Positions 23,561-35,449 of a stretch of DNA of 46,897 nt are shown here, in pieces. Each line of letters begins with the position of its first letter. The stretch's first letter is position 1. The notes beneath the pieces are model-generated. The model searched no databases, was not told the origin of the DNA, and saw only the letters and a program-made list of their open reading frames with translations. Made by a program: the position numbers and the translations under genes. The DNA is from Octopus bimaculoides (taxonomy: Eukaryota): positions 17,485,190-17,532,086 of the forward strand of contig NC_068997.1 in assembly GCF_001194135.2 (NCBI RefSeq), read 5' to 3'.

Positions 23561-24147
23561 ACAACACGTCAGAGATATAAAGACTTCAATAGCACCTGCG
23601 TTTAACATTTCACCAAAACCAGGAGTTTCTACCTTTATAAGTAACTAGGCATTAGGAATATATATATATATATATANNNNNNNNNNNNNNNNNNNNNNNN
23701 NNNNNNNNNNNNNNNNNNNNNNNNNNNNNNNNNNNNNNNNNNNNNNNNNNNNNNNNNNNNNNNNNNNNNNNNNNNNNNNNNNNNNNNNNNNNNNATATAA
23801 GAAATCTGGATATCCTTCTTACTACTAAACATTTAACTTCAAATTACAATTGTTAATTGTTGGAAGTGAAGTAGACTGAGACGTACATATAGTGTAATCG
23901 TAAAGAGTGGAAGTTCTGTACGGAGTTTTTAACTTACTATCTTGTGGTTAGCAATCCATTACCTTCAATTTGAATCCATTAAATATTTAAACATTATTTT
24001 ACTGGGTTTAATCTTTCGACTGTTGCCATCATGGGGTATTACATTCAAAAATTTGCGTATTTCAATCTGGCATTTATTTTATAGATTCCTGCTTGATGAA
24101 CTGCTAACTTTGAGACATAGTGGAACGCAATACTAGCTGCAAGAATT

Positions 24148-24280
24148 ACTGTGTGGTAGAGAAGTTTGCTCCCCAGTCTCCACGTTCAGTCCCTCTATAT
24201 GGTACCTCGGGCAAGGTTTTTCTACTATGCTCTAGGTCAACAACAGACTTGCGACTGAATTTGGTATACAGAAACTACAG
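24148..24280 (+). mobile_element. tRNA-derived SINE type 1 head, decayed
   Basis: ctgtgtggtagagaagtttgct...gttcagtccct..ggtacctcgggcaagg..ttctactat...gaatttggta. Confidence 0.7.
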
Positions 24281-24414
24281 CGTTGTTCATCAGAAAATGA
24301 CCGAAGAACGCTTTTTATAGAGAAGAGTTGTTTGCTTCATAATCCTCGTGTGCCGATTGTGCCCATAAGAAAGGAACAAACAATACAATGTGGCCGTAGG
24401 TCATGGCCATAAGA

Positions 24415-24443
24415 CCCGGGCAACGCCGGGGCATTTTACTATT
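24415..24443 (+). mobile_element. Helitron-like 3' terminal signature
   Basis: GC hairpin CCCGG-GCAACG-CCGGG, followed 8 nt later by CTAT (canonical CTRR) and then T. The 5' end was not located. Confidence 0.45.
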
Positions 24444-24607
24444 ATATACACAAGACACACATTGATCTACACATATGTTTATACGTTAATTTCGATGTGG
24501 ATGATGCGAGCGCGTGTGCGTGCGTACGTGTGCGTTGTGTTCATATATCTCCGTATACATATCTATTAATTATCTTAGTTTTCATATATATATATATATA
24601 TAATATA

Positions 24608-24654
<47 letters not shown>

Positions 24655-26084
24655 NNNNNNNNNNNNNNNNNNNNNNNNNNNNNNNNNNNNNNNNNNNNNN
24701 NNNNNNNNNNNNNNNNNNNNNNNNNNNNNNNNNNNNNNNNNNNNNNNNNNNNNNNNNNNNNNNNNNNNNNNNNNNNNNNNNNNNNNNNNNNNNNNNNNNN
24801 NNNNNNNNNNNNNNNNNNNNNNNNNNNNNNNNNNNNNNNNNNNNNNNNNNNNNNNNNNNNNNNNNNNNNNNNNNNNNNNNNNNNNNNNNNNNNNNNNNNN
24901 NNNNNNNNNNNNNNNNNNNNNNNNNNNNNNNNNNNNNNNNNNNNNNNNNNNNNNNNNNNNNNNNNNNNNNNNNNNNNNNNNNNNNNNNNNNNNNNNNNNN
25001 NNNNNNNNNNNNNNNNNNNNNNNNNNNNNNNNNNNNNNNNNNNNNNNNNNNNNNNNNNNNNNNNNNNNNNNNNNNNNNNNNNNNNNNNNNNNNNNNNNNN
25101 NNNNNNNNNNNNNNNNNNNNNNNNNNNNNNNNNNNNNNNNNNNNNNNNNNNNNNNNNNNNNNNNNNNNNNNNNNNNNNNNNNNNNNNNNNNNNNNNNNNN
25201 NNNNNNNNNNNNNNNNNNNNNNNNNNNNNNNNNNNNNNNNNNNNNNNNNNNNNNNNNNNNNNNNNNNNNNNNNNNNNNNNNNNNNNNNNNNNNNNNNNNN
25301 NNNNNNNNNNNNNNNNNNNNNNNNNNNNNNNNNNNNNNNNNNNNNNNNNNNNNNNNNATATATATATATATATATATACACAGTTTTTTTTTACATATGA
25401 ATATGTGTGTATATATACACAATCGTATGCAAGTGTTAACGTATGTATATGTGTATGCCTGCATGTATTTCTACATACATATAATAGCTTTTATATATGA
25501 TAATTTTTTACGCCCACCCATGAAACGAATTCAGTAATAATGAATTCCTGAGGAATGTCAGTAATATATTTCTCCACATTTAATTATCTCGAGAGCGTCA
25601 ACAAATAAATAATAATTCGGAAGAAGTTAGCAAGGCTAAACGATATCTATATCATCTCTGGCTAAAACCGCGGTGAAGGAGAAAATATAGGTACGTTAAA
25701 TGCTCCTGAAGGAGTAAAAGGCAAAGCGTTTTCATTCGTGGTTTCGCGGCAAATATCGTTTCTTTTGTGACGACTTTAGACAATGAATCTCGCACCTCAA
25801 GCTCCAAGAATTGAATGCATTTAACGTTTGGAAAATTTCTACAGTACACAAACTCATAATGCGCGTGCGTACATAAGCTTAATATGTATGTGTGTATGTA
25901 TGTATGTATGTATGTATGTATGTATGTATGTATGTATGCATGTATGTATGCATGCATGTATGTATGTATGTATGTGTGTGTGTGTATGTATGTATAAATG
26001 TATTCATGTATATATGTATATATGTATGTATCGATGTATGTATGTTATATATATATATATATAACTATATATATNNNNNNNNNN

Positions 26085-26135
26085 AACTTTTGTCGGTGTA
26101 TCTGTTCTTGTAACTTAGCGGTTCGGCAAAAGATA
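26085..26135 (+). mobile_element. SINE type 1 3'-body fragment at a gap edge
   Basis: gtaacttagcggttcggcaaaaga matches the body of the 32512-32867 copy and the inverted 17926-18311 copy. Confidence 0.7.
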
Positions 26136-26739
26136 TATAGATAGATATAGATATTGATATAGATATATATACATATAAAGAGAGAGAGAGAGTGAGAGAG
26201 AGAGAGAGAACGAAAGGGGGGGTAAGGGAGAGAGAGAGAGAGAGAGAGAGAGATGTAAATTTATATGGTTGTATGTATGTATGTATGTACATTGTAAATA
26301 TGTTGTCAAGTAGCAATTTAAGTAGTTATGAGCATGAGGAAATGTGTGCATCTTGAATTATTGAATAAGCATCTTGATAGAAGGACCTTCATCCCCATAC
26401 TTTCACATCAGCATTTATGGCTTCTTTGCTTTTGCAGCATACACACTTTGGAACTTACCTCAAACAAGTATTCAGCATCTGTCTCCATATGGGTCAGTCT
26501 ATGTATCTATGGTCTATCCATCTACATATATATCTACCTACTTATATGTATGATGTGTGTTTGTGCATGTGTGTTGACGATTTCGAACGTCGAAGGAGAA
26601 GTATGTGCGTTCAGCCATTGCCGAACAACCGGTTCAAATGATTTCTGTCTATTGATCACATGTTGGTGCCACACATTAGCTCGCTCTCTCCGTCAAATCG
26701 ACGTTGCTCAAACTGGTTCACTGTGTAGCACGCGTAAGA

Positions 26740-26865
26740 TCAAAACCCTAAGTAATCGGGGAGTAACGTAAGGTGATGTGTTATGCTCAAGCACACTTCG
26801 CACTCCCTTTTCTAGAAAATGAACTCACGGTCGCTGGACCCTAACCGCTAATGCAAGTGCTCTCA
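26740..26865 (-). mobile_element. SINE type 2 head/core fragment, strongly decayed
   Basis: gtgttatgctcaag...gaactcac...ccctaaccgcta parallels 15765-15870. Confidence 0.45.
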
Positions 26866-26910
26866 CTACATGCACACACACACATGCACACACACACATA
26901 CACATTTACA

Positions 26911-27052
26911 CAGGGCTTCTATCAGTTTCCACTCACAAGGCTTTGGTAGGCCCGAGGCTATTGTAGAAGACACACGCTGGAGGTGAAACGCAGTGGGACT
27001 GAACCCGGAACCATGTGGTTGCGACGGAAGATTCTTACTACACAACTAGGCC
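26911..27052 (-). mobile_element. tRNA-derived SINE type 1 head
   Basis: ccactcacaaggctttggtaggcccgaggctattgtagaagacac...gcagtgggactgaacccggaaccatgtggtt; well preserved. Confidence 0.9.
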
Positions 27053-27374
27053 AATNNNNNNNNNNNNNNNNNNNNNNNNNNNNNNNNNNNNNNNNNNNNN
27101 NNNNNNNNNNNNNNNNNNNNNNNNNNNNNNNNNNNNNNNNNNNNNNNNNNNNNNNNNNNNNNNNNNNNNNNNNNNNNNNNNNNNNNNNNNNNNNNNNNNN
27201 NNNNNNNNNNNNNNNNNNNNNNNNNNNNNNNNNNNNNNNNNNNNNNNNNNNNNNNNNNNNNNNNNNNNNNNNNNNNNNNNNNNNNNNNNNNNNNNNNNNN
27301 NNNNNNNNNNNNNNNNNNNNNNNNNNNNNNNNNNNNNNNNNNNNNNNNNNNNNNNNNNNNNNNNNNNNNNNNNN

Positions 27375-27462
<88 letters not shown>

Positions 27463-27750
27463 TTGTGTGTGTGTGTTATATCCTGCAATGCGGTGTTGAA
27501 CACTCATTTTCATTATTCGACATTTCAGTATCAAAACTGCCGCCAGCAATAAACACCGGTTAAACACCTAAAACGAACATAGAACCATGTGATCGGGTGA
27601 TCGGTTAGAAAAATTGGAGACCAGGATATTTTCCTACTGTTCTTAACATGAGACCAATGATGGCCTTAATTCGGAAATACAGAAATTATATCCACCAATG
27701 TGGAGTTCAGCACTCATTTCTATAGTTCGATATTTACCTATACACATACA

Positions 27751-27782
<32 letters not shown>

Positions 27783-29091
27783 ACACACGCACACACACAC
27801 ATATATATATATATATATGTTTTGTATTCCTTAAGTTGGCGTACACATGCACTCAAAGCACATAAGCACCCATACATATCTGCTTACATCTAAAAAAATA
27901 TGTGGTAAACAAAAGTACATTACCAAAATAATGTAACCCTTTCTACATATGTATATATACATATGACTGTGTCTGCGTTTGTGAGTGTGTGTGCCTGTGT
28001 GCATGTAAATATCGATATGCTTAAGTATGACTGTATACACACATTCACACACGCACGCACGTACATTCACGCGGACACACTCACATACAGACACACGCGT
28101 ACAAAGGCATGTATAAGTGTATTTGTACATAAGTTTGTGTGTAATATGTTGTAGGATACGTCAGAGTCCTGTCTCACCTAACCACTAAAAGTCCTTCAAA
28201 AAGAAAATTTCAGAAATGCTTTGCGAAGCTCATAAATCGTATATCTACTTTGCATGTAGATATACTCTACAGTTAAATAGGTAGGCAGTTAGTCGGATGT
28301 CTATATTAATATGGTATGATATGCGCATACAACCACCATTTTGTGCTGCCAGAACTCTCTCGCTATTTTTTCTCCCATGCTCTCTCCCATGTGCACATAC
28401 ATCTATGTATATACACACACATATACATACATATATGGAAACATATGTCTCGTCATATATATATATATATATATATANNNNNNNNNNNNNNNNNNNNNNN
28501 NNNNNNNNNNNNNNNNNNNNNNNNNNNNNNNNNNNNNNNNNNNNNNNNNNNNNNNNNNNNNNNNNNNNNNNNNNNNNNNNNNNNNNNNNNNNNNNNNNNN
28601 NNNNNNNNNNNNNNNNNNNNNNNNNNNNNNNNNNNNNNNNNNNNNNNNNNNNNNNNNNNNNNNNNNNNNNNNNNNNNNNNNNNNNNNNNNNNNNNNNNNN
28701 NNNNNNNNNNNNNNNNNNNNNNNNNNNNNNNNNNNNNNNNNNNNNNNNNNNNNNNNNNNNNNNNNNNNNNNNNNNNNNNNNNNNNNNNNNNNNNNNNNNN
28801 NNNNNNNNNNNNNNNNNNNNNNNNNNNNNNNNNNNNNNNNNNNNNNNNNNNNNNNNNNNNNNNNNNNNNNNNNNNNNNNNNNNNNNNNNNNNNNNNNNNN
28901 NNNNNNNNNNNNNNNNNNNNNNNNNNNNNNNNNNNNNNNNNNNNNNNNNNNNNNNNNNNNNNNNNNNNNNNNNNNNNNNNNNNNNNNNNNNNNNNNNNNN
29001 NNNNNNNNNNNNNNNNNNNNNNNNNNNNNNNNNNNNNNNNNNNNNNNNNNNNNNNNNNNNNNNNNNNNNNNNNNNNNNNNNNNNNNNNNNN

Positions 29092-29124
<33 letters not shown>

Positions 29125-30518
29125 TTATTTATTTATTTATTTATACACATGTATGTAACACAACAGTGTACATATATATACACATATGTAAGTATTCAAA
29201 ATACAGTCATCCATACTTACACATATGCACCTACGTCATCACTACATGTGTACGTATATATGATAAATGAACCCCCATTTCATCTTTAAATCACTCGATG
29301 CTCGTATAGATCAGACGCCTGCATAAAGCTTTTCGTGTCTTATATTTTTGGCAGATCAAGTCTGGTGACAATGTACTTACCCACGCAGGATTGTTTGTTT
29401 AGAAATAAGGACCCACATGAAAAAAGTAATATGCTCTTAAACGTTTGCGAACTTCAATATATATTTGACCACTGATATAGTTCCATCCAAAGAAAACTGA
29501 CAATATCCCCAAAGAAAATACTTGTAGCCACACACAAACACTTCCATGTGAGTGTGTATAACAATATATATGCGTGTTCGTGTGTGTGTAGATACCTAGC
29601 TTGCTATATATATATATATATATNNNNNNNNNNNNNNNNNNNNNNNNNNNNNNNNNNNNNNNNNNNNNNNNNNNNNNNNNNNNNNNNNNNNNNNNNNNNN
29701 NNNNNNNNNNNNNNNNNNNNNNNNNNNNNNNNNNNNNNNNNNNNNNNNNNNNNNNNNNNNNNNNNNNNNNNNNNNNNNNNNNNNNNNNNNNNNNNNNNNN
29801 NNNNNNNNNNNNNNNNNNNNNNNNNNNNNNNNNNNNNNNNNNNNNNNNNNNNNNNNNNNNNNNNNNNNNNNNNNNNNNNNNNNNNNNNNNNNNNNNNNNN
29901 NNNNNNNNNNNNNNNNNNNNNNNNNNNNNNNNNNNNNNNNNNNNNNNNNNNNNNNNNNNNNNNNNNNNNNNNNNNNNNNNNNNNNNNNNNNNNNNNNNNN
30001 NNNNNNNNNNNNNNNNNNNNNNNNNNNNNNNNNNNNNNNNNNNNNNNNNNNNNNNNNNNNNNNNNNNNNNNNNNNNNNNNNNNNNNNNNNNNNNNNNNNN
30101 NNNNNNNNNNNNNNNNNNNNNNNNNNNNNNNNNNNNNNNNNNNNNNNNNNNNNNNNNNNNNNNNNNNNNNNNNNNNNNNNNNNNNNNNNNNNNNNNNNNN
30201 NNNNNNNNNNNNNNNNNNNNNNNNNNNNNNNNNNNNNNNNNNNNNNNNNNNNNNNNNNNNNNNNNNNNNNNNNNNNNNNNNNNNNNNNNNNNNNNNNNNN
30301 NNNNNNNNNNNNNNNNNNNNNNNNNNNNNNNNNNNNNNNNNNNNNNNNNNNNNNNNNNNNNNNNNNNNNNNNNNNNNNNNNNNNNNNNNNNNNNNNNNNN
30401 NNNNNNNNNNNNNNNNNNNNNNNNNNNNNNNNNNNNNNNNNNNNNNNNNNNNNNNNNNNNNNNNNNNNNNNNNNNNNNNNNNNNNNNNNNNNNNNNNNNN
30501 NNNNNNNNNNNNNNNNNN

Positions 30519-30581
<63 letters not shown>

Positions 30582-31060
30582 AAGACATTTATACAGAATA
30601 AATATATGTATATATACAGTCATTCACATATTTTGTATATACACATATACACATATTTATACATGTATATGCATTTATAGATATATATACTTATGCGTGC
30701 GAATTTTTCGCTTGTGCGAATGCATGTGTATGTATGTGAGTGTTTGTGTATGCGTGTGTGTGTGTGTGTGAGTGTGTGTATGTCATATGTTTTCCCTTTT
30801 GTTTCCTATGTGTACCGTTTCTCATATATGCATAGCCTTTGTAACACGTTTTCTTGATGTTTTTGGTGTCACGACATTATGCACATAATGATGCAAAACA
30901 AACACAGACACACACACATGCACACAAACAAAAACACGCACACACATACACACAAACACACAAAGAAATAGAGAGACAAAGGGTGAAATAAATAGATAGA
31001 TAGATAGTGATAGAGAGAGGGAGAGAAAGATATTTATGTGTGTACATCACATACACACAG

Positions 31061-31103
<43 letters not shown>

Positions 31104-31160
31104 ATATATGATCACATATATAAAAAAAAACTCCGCACCGAAAGCACACANNNNNNNNNN

Positions 31161-31239
<79 letters not shown>

Positions 31240-32003
31240 CATATATATATATATTGTCCACATGCACATGCAATTATGCTATTGTTTTTTATGTGCAATA
31301 CATCAAATCCTGCACCTTAGCTGTAAGTGAATAACTCAACTCAACATACGTCTCCGTGCATTCATGTCGACCCAATCTGATGTAATGTGTCAGATAAGAT
31401 TTCGTCGATATGTTGTATATTCTATGACCAGTCTGTAGCTATTACATCACCTCAGATTCATGCAATCTCTTCGAGTGGGTTACTGCACATACGTTATTTT
31501 TCTTAATATTTTTATTGTGTTTCTGTTTTCCCCTGCTTGTTTTATGCAAAAACCATACTCTTTTTGCTACTGATTTTAATGATTGGTGATATATCATGTA
31601 CACGAAGGCGATTAAATTCCAAGAATACTTCTAAACTTTGGCTGAAACGTATTTCTGTATTTAAATCAAATATGTCCTGAAACTCATTTTCAATCCGTTG
31701 TTGTAAATCAGATTAGTTTTGTCTTACCTTGAATTCATAAAATAATTTCCAGTAATTAACTGTTCGATTGTTATAAACATTCATTATTGATATACACTAA
31801 CCACCTACGTCTAATTCGTCACGTTCTGAAAGTATCATTATGAAATATTTCTGTGCTGTGTAAGTCCGATAAGTAACAGGAGACCTTGTTAGAATTGAGA
31901 GGTGAAATATTCAGGGAATATCCTTCCCACCGAGTAGAAACGGCAGGAGCAACTCATAAATTATCCTTATTCTAAACCCATCACAGCATTGCACATTTTT
32001 CAG

Positions 32004-32062
32004 TATCATCTGCAGATATCTCAAGGTCTAAATTGTTTCAGCATTTAACGTGTACTCTTCCA
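32004..32062 (+). CDS. Candidate exon (59 nt; SSADISRSKLFQHLTCTLP)
   Basis: Acceptor gcacatttttcAG and donor CCA|GTGAGT. Exactly one frame is open (phase 1 in, phase 0 out). No homology recognised. Confidence 0.3.
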
Positions 32063-32511
32063 GTGAGTGGAACCCTAATAACTGAATCAGTCATTTCTAC
32101 GGAAAGGTTCCACTTGCTGCTCTTATCGAAATCCAACCTCATTGAGTAGGTTTCAACTGCCTTGCTTCTCTACTCGATAGCTTATCAACAGATCAGAATT
32201 TGGAACTAATTTTTACCTAACTCTAAAAGGAAGCAAATCGCATATGTGTTGAGCTATTATTTCAAATGAAAACTTTTAAAATATCCGACCTTCACTTACG
32301 ATAAAGTAAAGTATGTTAAAAATATGTGTCTGTTTCTAAGAAAGCTACAAAAATCATATGGTAGTATTTTCCTGCTAACATTCAGAACTTATAAATGATT
32401 AAGAATATATATTGTTCCCTAATTGCTTCTAAACGAAAAGCCACTCTGATGTGTAACGATGTCGCATCGTATCTGACTAATTGAATATATCTTTTTGACA
32501 AAATAAACAGC

Positions 32512-32867
32512 AGGAGTGAGCGTGTGATAAGACTGAGCGTGTGGTTGCTTCTCAACCACATGGATCTAGGTTCAGTTACTATATCTACGGGCCAAGTGGA
32601 TCTGCTAGATAACTTAAAGAAGCCCGTCGTATGTGTGTATGTGTGTGTATACGTGCGTGTGTGTGTGTGTTGGGGGGAGGGGGTCTGTGTTTATCCCGAA
32701 CATCGCTTGACAACCAGTGTTGGTGTGTTTACGTCTCCGTAACTTAGCATTTCAGAAAAAGATATGTACAGTATGTACAGGAGTCCAATTATTCGACTAA
32801 AAATTCTTCAAAATACTGCCCCAACATGGCCGCGGTCTAATGACTGAAACAAGCGAAAGATAAAAGA
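32512..32867 (+). mobile_element. tRNA-derived SINE type 1, full extent with internal deletions
   Basis: ttctcaaccacatgg..ggttcag...aaagaagcccgtcgtatgtgtg...catcgcttgacaacc.gtgttggtgtgtttacgtctccgtaacttagc...catggccgcggtctaatgactgaaacaagcgaaagataaaaga. Confidence 0.88.
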
Positions 32868-33002
32868 TGAAAGCTAATCTTATGTTTTAACATCTAAAGT
32901 AAAGTTTGCGAGTCTCCAGATAAACGACATCAATGTTTCGTATGTGTATTTCGTGTGCAAGATTCTTGATGTGGATACGTGTGTTGAAAGAAATACAATT
33001 AA

Positions 33003-33302
33003 ACCTTGGGAGAGGCATTATGCCGGTAATGAACACACGCACTGGTTCAGTCCTTTATTAATTTAATTTATATAGTTTTTTGTTAAATTATTTCATTGCA
33101 CTCTTGCAATCTCTTCAGTAACTTGTCTCTCCACTTCCATTTATTTTGAATATATTCAAAATAAATGGAAGTGGAGAGACAAGTTACTGAAGAGATTGCA
33201 AGAGTGCAATGAAATAATTTAACAAAAAACTATATAAATTAAATTAATAAAGGACTGAACCAGTGCGTGTGTTTATTACCGGCATAATGCCTCTCCCAAG
33301 GT
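33003..33302. mobile_element. 300-bp spacerless hairpin (fold-back) element between TTAA duplications
   Basis: 32996-33152 is the reverse complement of 33153-33309 with a single G/T mismatch (33031/33274). TTAA lies at 32999-33002 and 33303-33306. The palindrome itself is certain; the transposon origin is inferred. Confidence 0.8.
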
Positions 33303-33386
33303 TTAATTGACATCAATGTTGTTTTACGTCATTGCAAGCATTTAATAATTGACGATTATCCAAGGGTACTCCTCTCCATATCATCA

Positions 33387-33441
<55 letters not shown>

Positions 33442-33559
33442 ACTTCCCTTACTTTCTCCTTTATCTGACCTCCCGTTTTTGCCAACTACGGTATCTTTGT
33501 ATCTCCTCTGCTGCAAAACACCTGTTTCTGCCTCTCAAACCTCGTCGAGACGACACTCC

Positions 33560-33870
33560 AACTCTGTCGAGGGTTCTTTTTCTGGTGCTGAAGCTGTACC
33601 ACATAGAAAACAAAATCACTCAATACACCCTGAAAAAATATTGGCGTTCATGAGGAACACCCCGCCGTGGAAAACGTGACAAGGCATACCGATCTCTGCG
33701 CAATCCTTCGGCTCGCCAACTCCTATAAAACTTTCCAGCCCACGCGGCCTTGGAAAAACTAGGTTAAATGATGTGGTTGATGATGATGATGACGATGACG
33801 ACAACAATAATGATTGTGACGACAACGATGATGATGATGATAATGTAATCGACGACGATGATGATGATGA
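33560..33870 (+). mobile_element. SINE/LINE-tail type 4, 3' part ending in a (GAT)n tail
   Basis: attggcgttcatgaggaacaccccgccgtggaaaac...ccagcccacgcggccttggaaaaactaggttaaatgatg resembles the recalled octopus SINE tail (ttggcgttaggaagggcatccagccgtagaaac...ccaacccatgccagcatggaaaacggacgttaaatgatgatg). It runs straight into GAT/GAC repeats. Confidence 0.65.
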
Positions 33871-34409
33871 TAAGCCCGTTATGATGTGTAATGGACGGTC
33901 AGTTTCAAACCATGTCTGCTTAATGATTGTTGTTTTGTCTTTTAAATTTATGTTTTTGCCTCTTGATGCTTTCATCTTATCAGGGAAATGGTCAAGATTA
34001 TGTAATTCCACGAATGTGATAATATATTCAAGAATATATTCTGAAATCGATAGAATCTACAAAAGTTACCCGGAACTGACGAAATACCTATCACATTATG
34101 TTTTGAACTGCTAGAAATAGCAGCCATTTATGTCACATCACAATTAAGTGCAGAACTCTTTGGATTAAATTGTTCTGGACACTTTGCGATTGGGAGAATG
34201 AGAGAAACTGAAGGATTACGATATTTATGTAAATGTGGACTTTGCACTTCGTTATTCCAAGGTTGAAATTGGACATGCCAAAGTAGTAGGGTGAATATAA
34301 TCGACTATATATAAGTTGAAGACAGTATTTCCAAATGGTCACGGCCCAATTAATGAAAAAATAGTAAAATGATTTACACGGGAGCGATTATAACAAATAT
34401 GGCGACAGT

Positions 34410-34600
34410 ATCTAATATAGGCACAAGGCCATGTATTTACGTGAAGGGAACAGTCGATTATATCTAGCTTAGTACTTGATTGGTGTTTTATTTTATCGAT
34501 ATATGCAGGATGAACTGGAAATTCTGCCTCAGTGAGATCTGTACGAAAGTCGCAATAAGCTAAGCCCTAAGACATTTGTTCGACGGCATATGAAACACTG
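34410..34600 (-). mobile_element. SINE type 3, decayed
   Basis: taggcacaaggcc...cagtcgatta...agtacttgattggt..ttttatcga...aggatgaa parallels 23378-23560. Confidence 0.55.
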
Positions 34601-34689
34601 CTAATCCTCACACTCGATGTATATTATGCAATAGCCCTGTCTAATATCTGCTAAGACTAGTTTGGGAGGCATATATTGGATTTAAATGA

Positions 34690-34830
34690 TCCTTGTACTT
34701 CACTGAACGCAAAGAGGATGAAATAAAGATAAGGGTTGGGAAAGTAAAGTTACCCTCGGTGGGATTTGAAATTTAAACGTCTAATGCGGTAGCAAAATAA
34801 CACAAGACACTGCGTCGGATGTTTTAACTG
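34690..34830 (-). mobile_element. SINE type 3 fragment, decayed
   Basis: aaagaggatgaaa...aaagtaaagttaccctcggtgggatttgaa.tt.aaacgt resembles the type 3 core/head. Confidence 0.5.
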
Positions 34831-35396
34831 TTAAGCGATTTCACATCCCCTTGAACAATAAGTGTAATGATAGCAAAAATATGCTATCCCACGTTGCATA
34901 TTAATGGAAAATGTATGCTGATGCATATGGAGAAAAGTTATGATGATAAATTATAATGAAAATAATGTTGTGTAGAAAATATAATACAACTGATAAATGC
35001 ATGGCACCTCCATTATATATTCGTTGAGTGTCTTCTAATTGTAAAGTATGTTGTTTCGTCTCATACAATAATACTCAATACATTATGGAGTTATATTGTG
35101 CAGAGAGGTGGTTATTAATAAACTATCTGGAAATATAATTTATACGAGAGCATTCATATTAATGGTATAACCCAGCCGCACAGCATTTTGTGTTGAACCT
35201 TTTGAATGTGTACATGGTTACCTAATGTAGGATAAATGTTTCATCGGCAATGCAATTATATGATAGCGGATCTTAACAATCATAGGTTTTTTTTTCTGGG
35301 AGGAAATTCCGTGTATGTGTGTGTGAGTGCTCACCCACCATCCATGCACATGTATGCTCATATGTATATATCTGTATGTATATATATGTTTGTGTT

Positions 35397-35449
<53 letters not shown>

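Noticed and set aside
26328-26771. 147-aa ORF
   Set aside because: It crosses low-complexity repeats and a decayed SINE and has no protein-like signature.
12597-31830. Isolated strong minus-strand donors (near 12597, 28177, 29378, 31727) with short open frames such as MNVYNNRTVNYWKLFYEFK
   Set aside because: GTAAG/GTGAG occur about once per kb by chance, the acceptors are weak, and no consistent phase chain emerged.
8612-32867. tRNA genes suggested by A/B-box motifs
   Set aside because: No cloverleaf can be formed, and each motif continues into SINE body sequence.
33479-33760. GC-rich ORF (SSRRHSNSVEGSFSG), a minus-strand acceptor and TATAAAA at 33724 suggesting an exon or promoter
   Set aside because: Most of the block aligns with a SINE 3' tail leading into the GAT repeat, which explains its composition and motifs.
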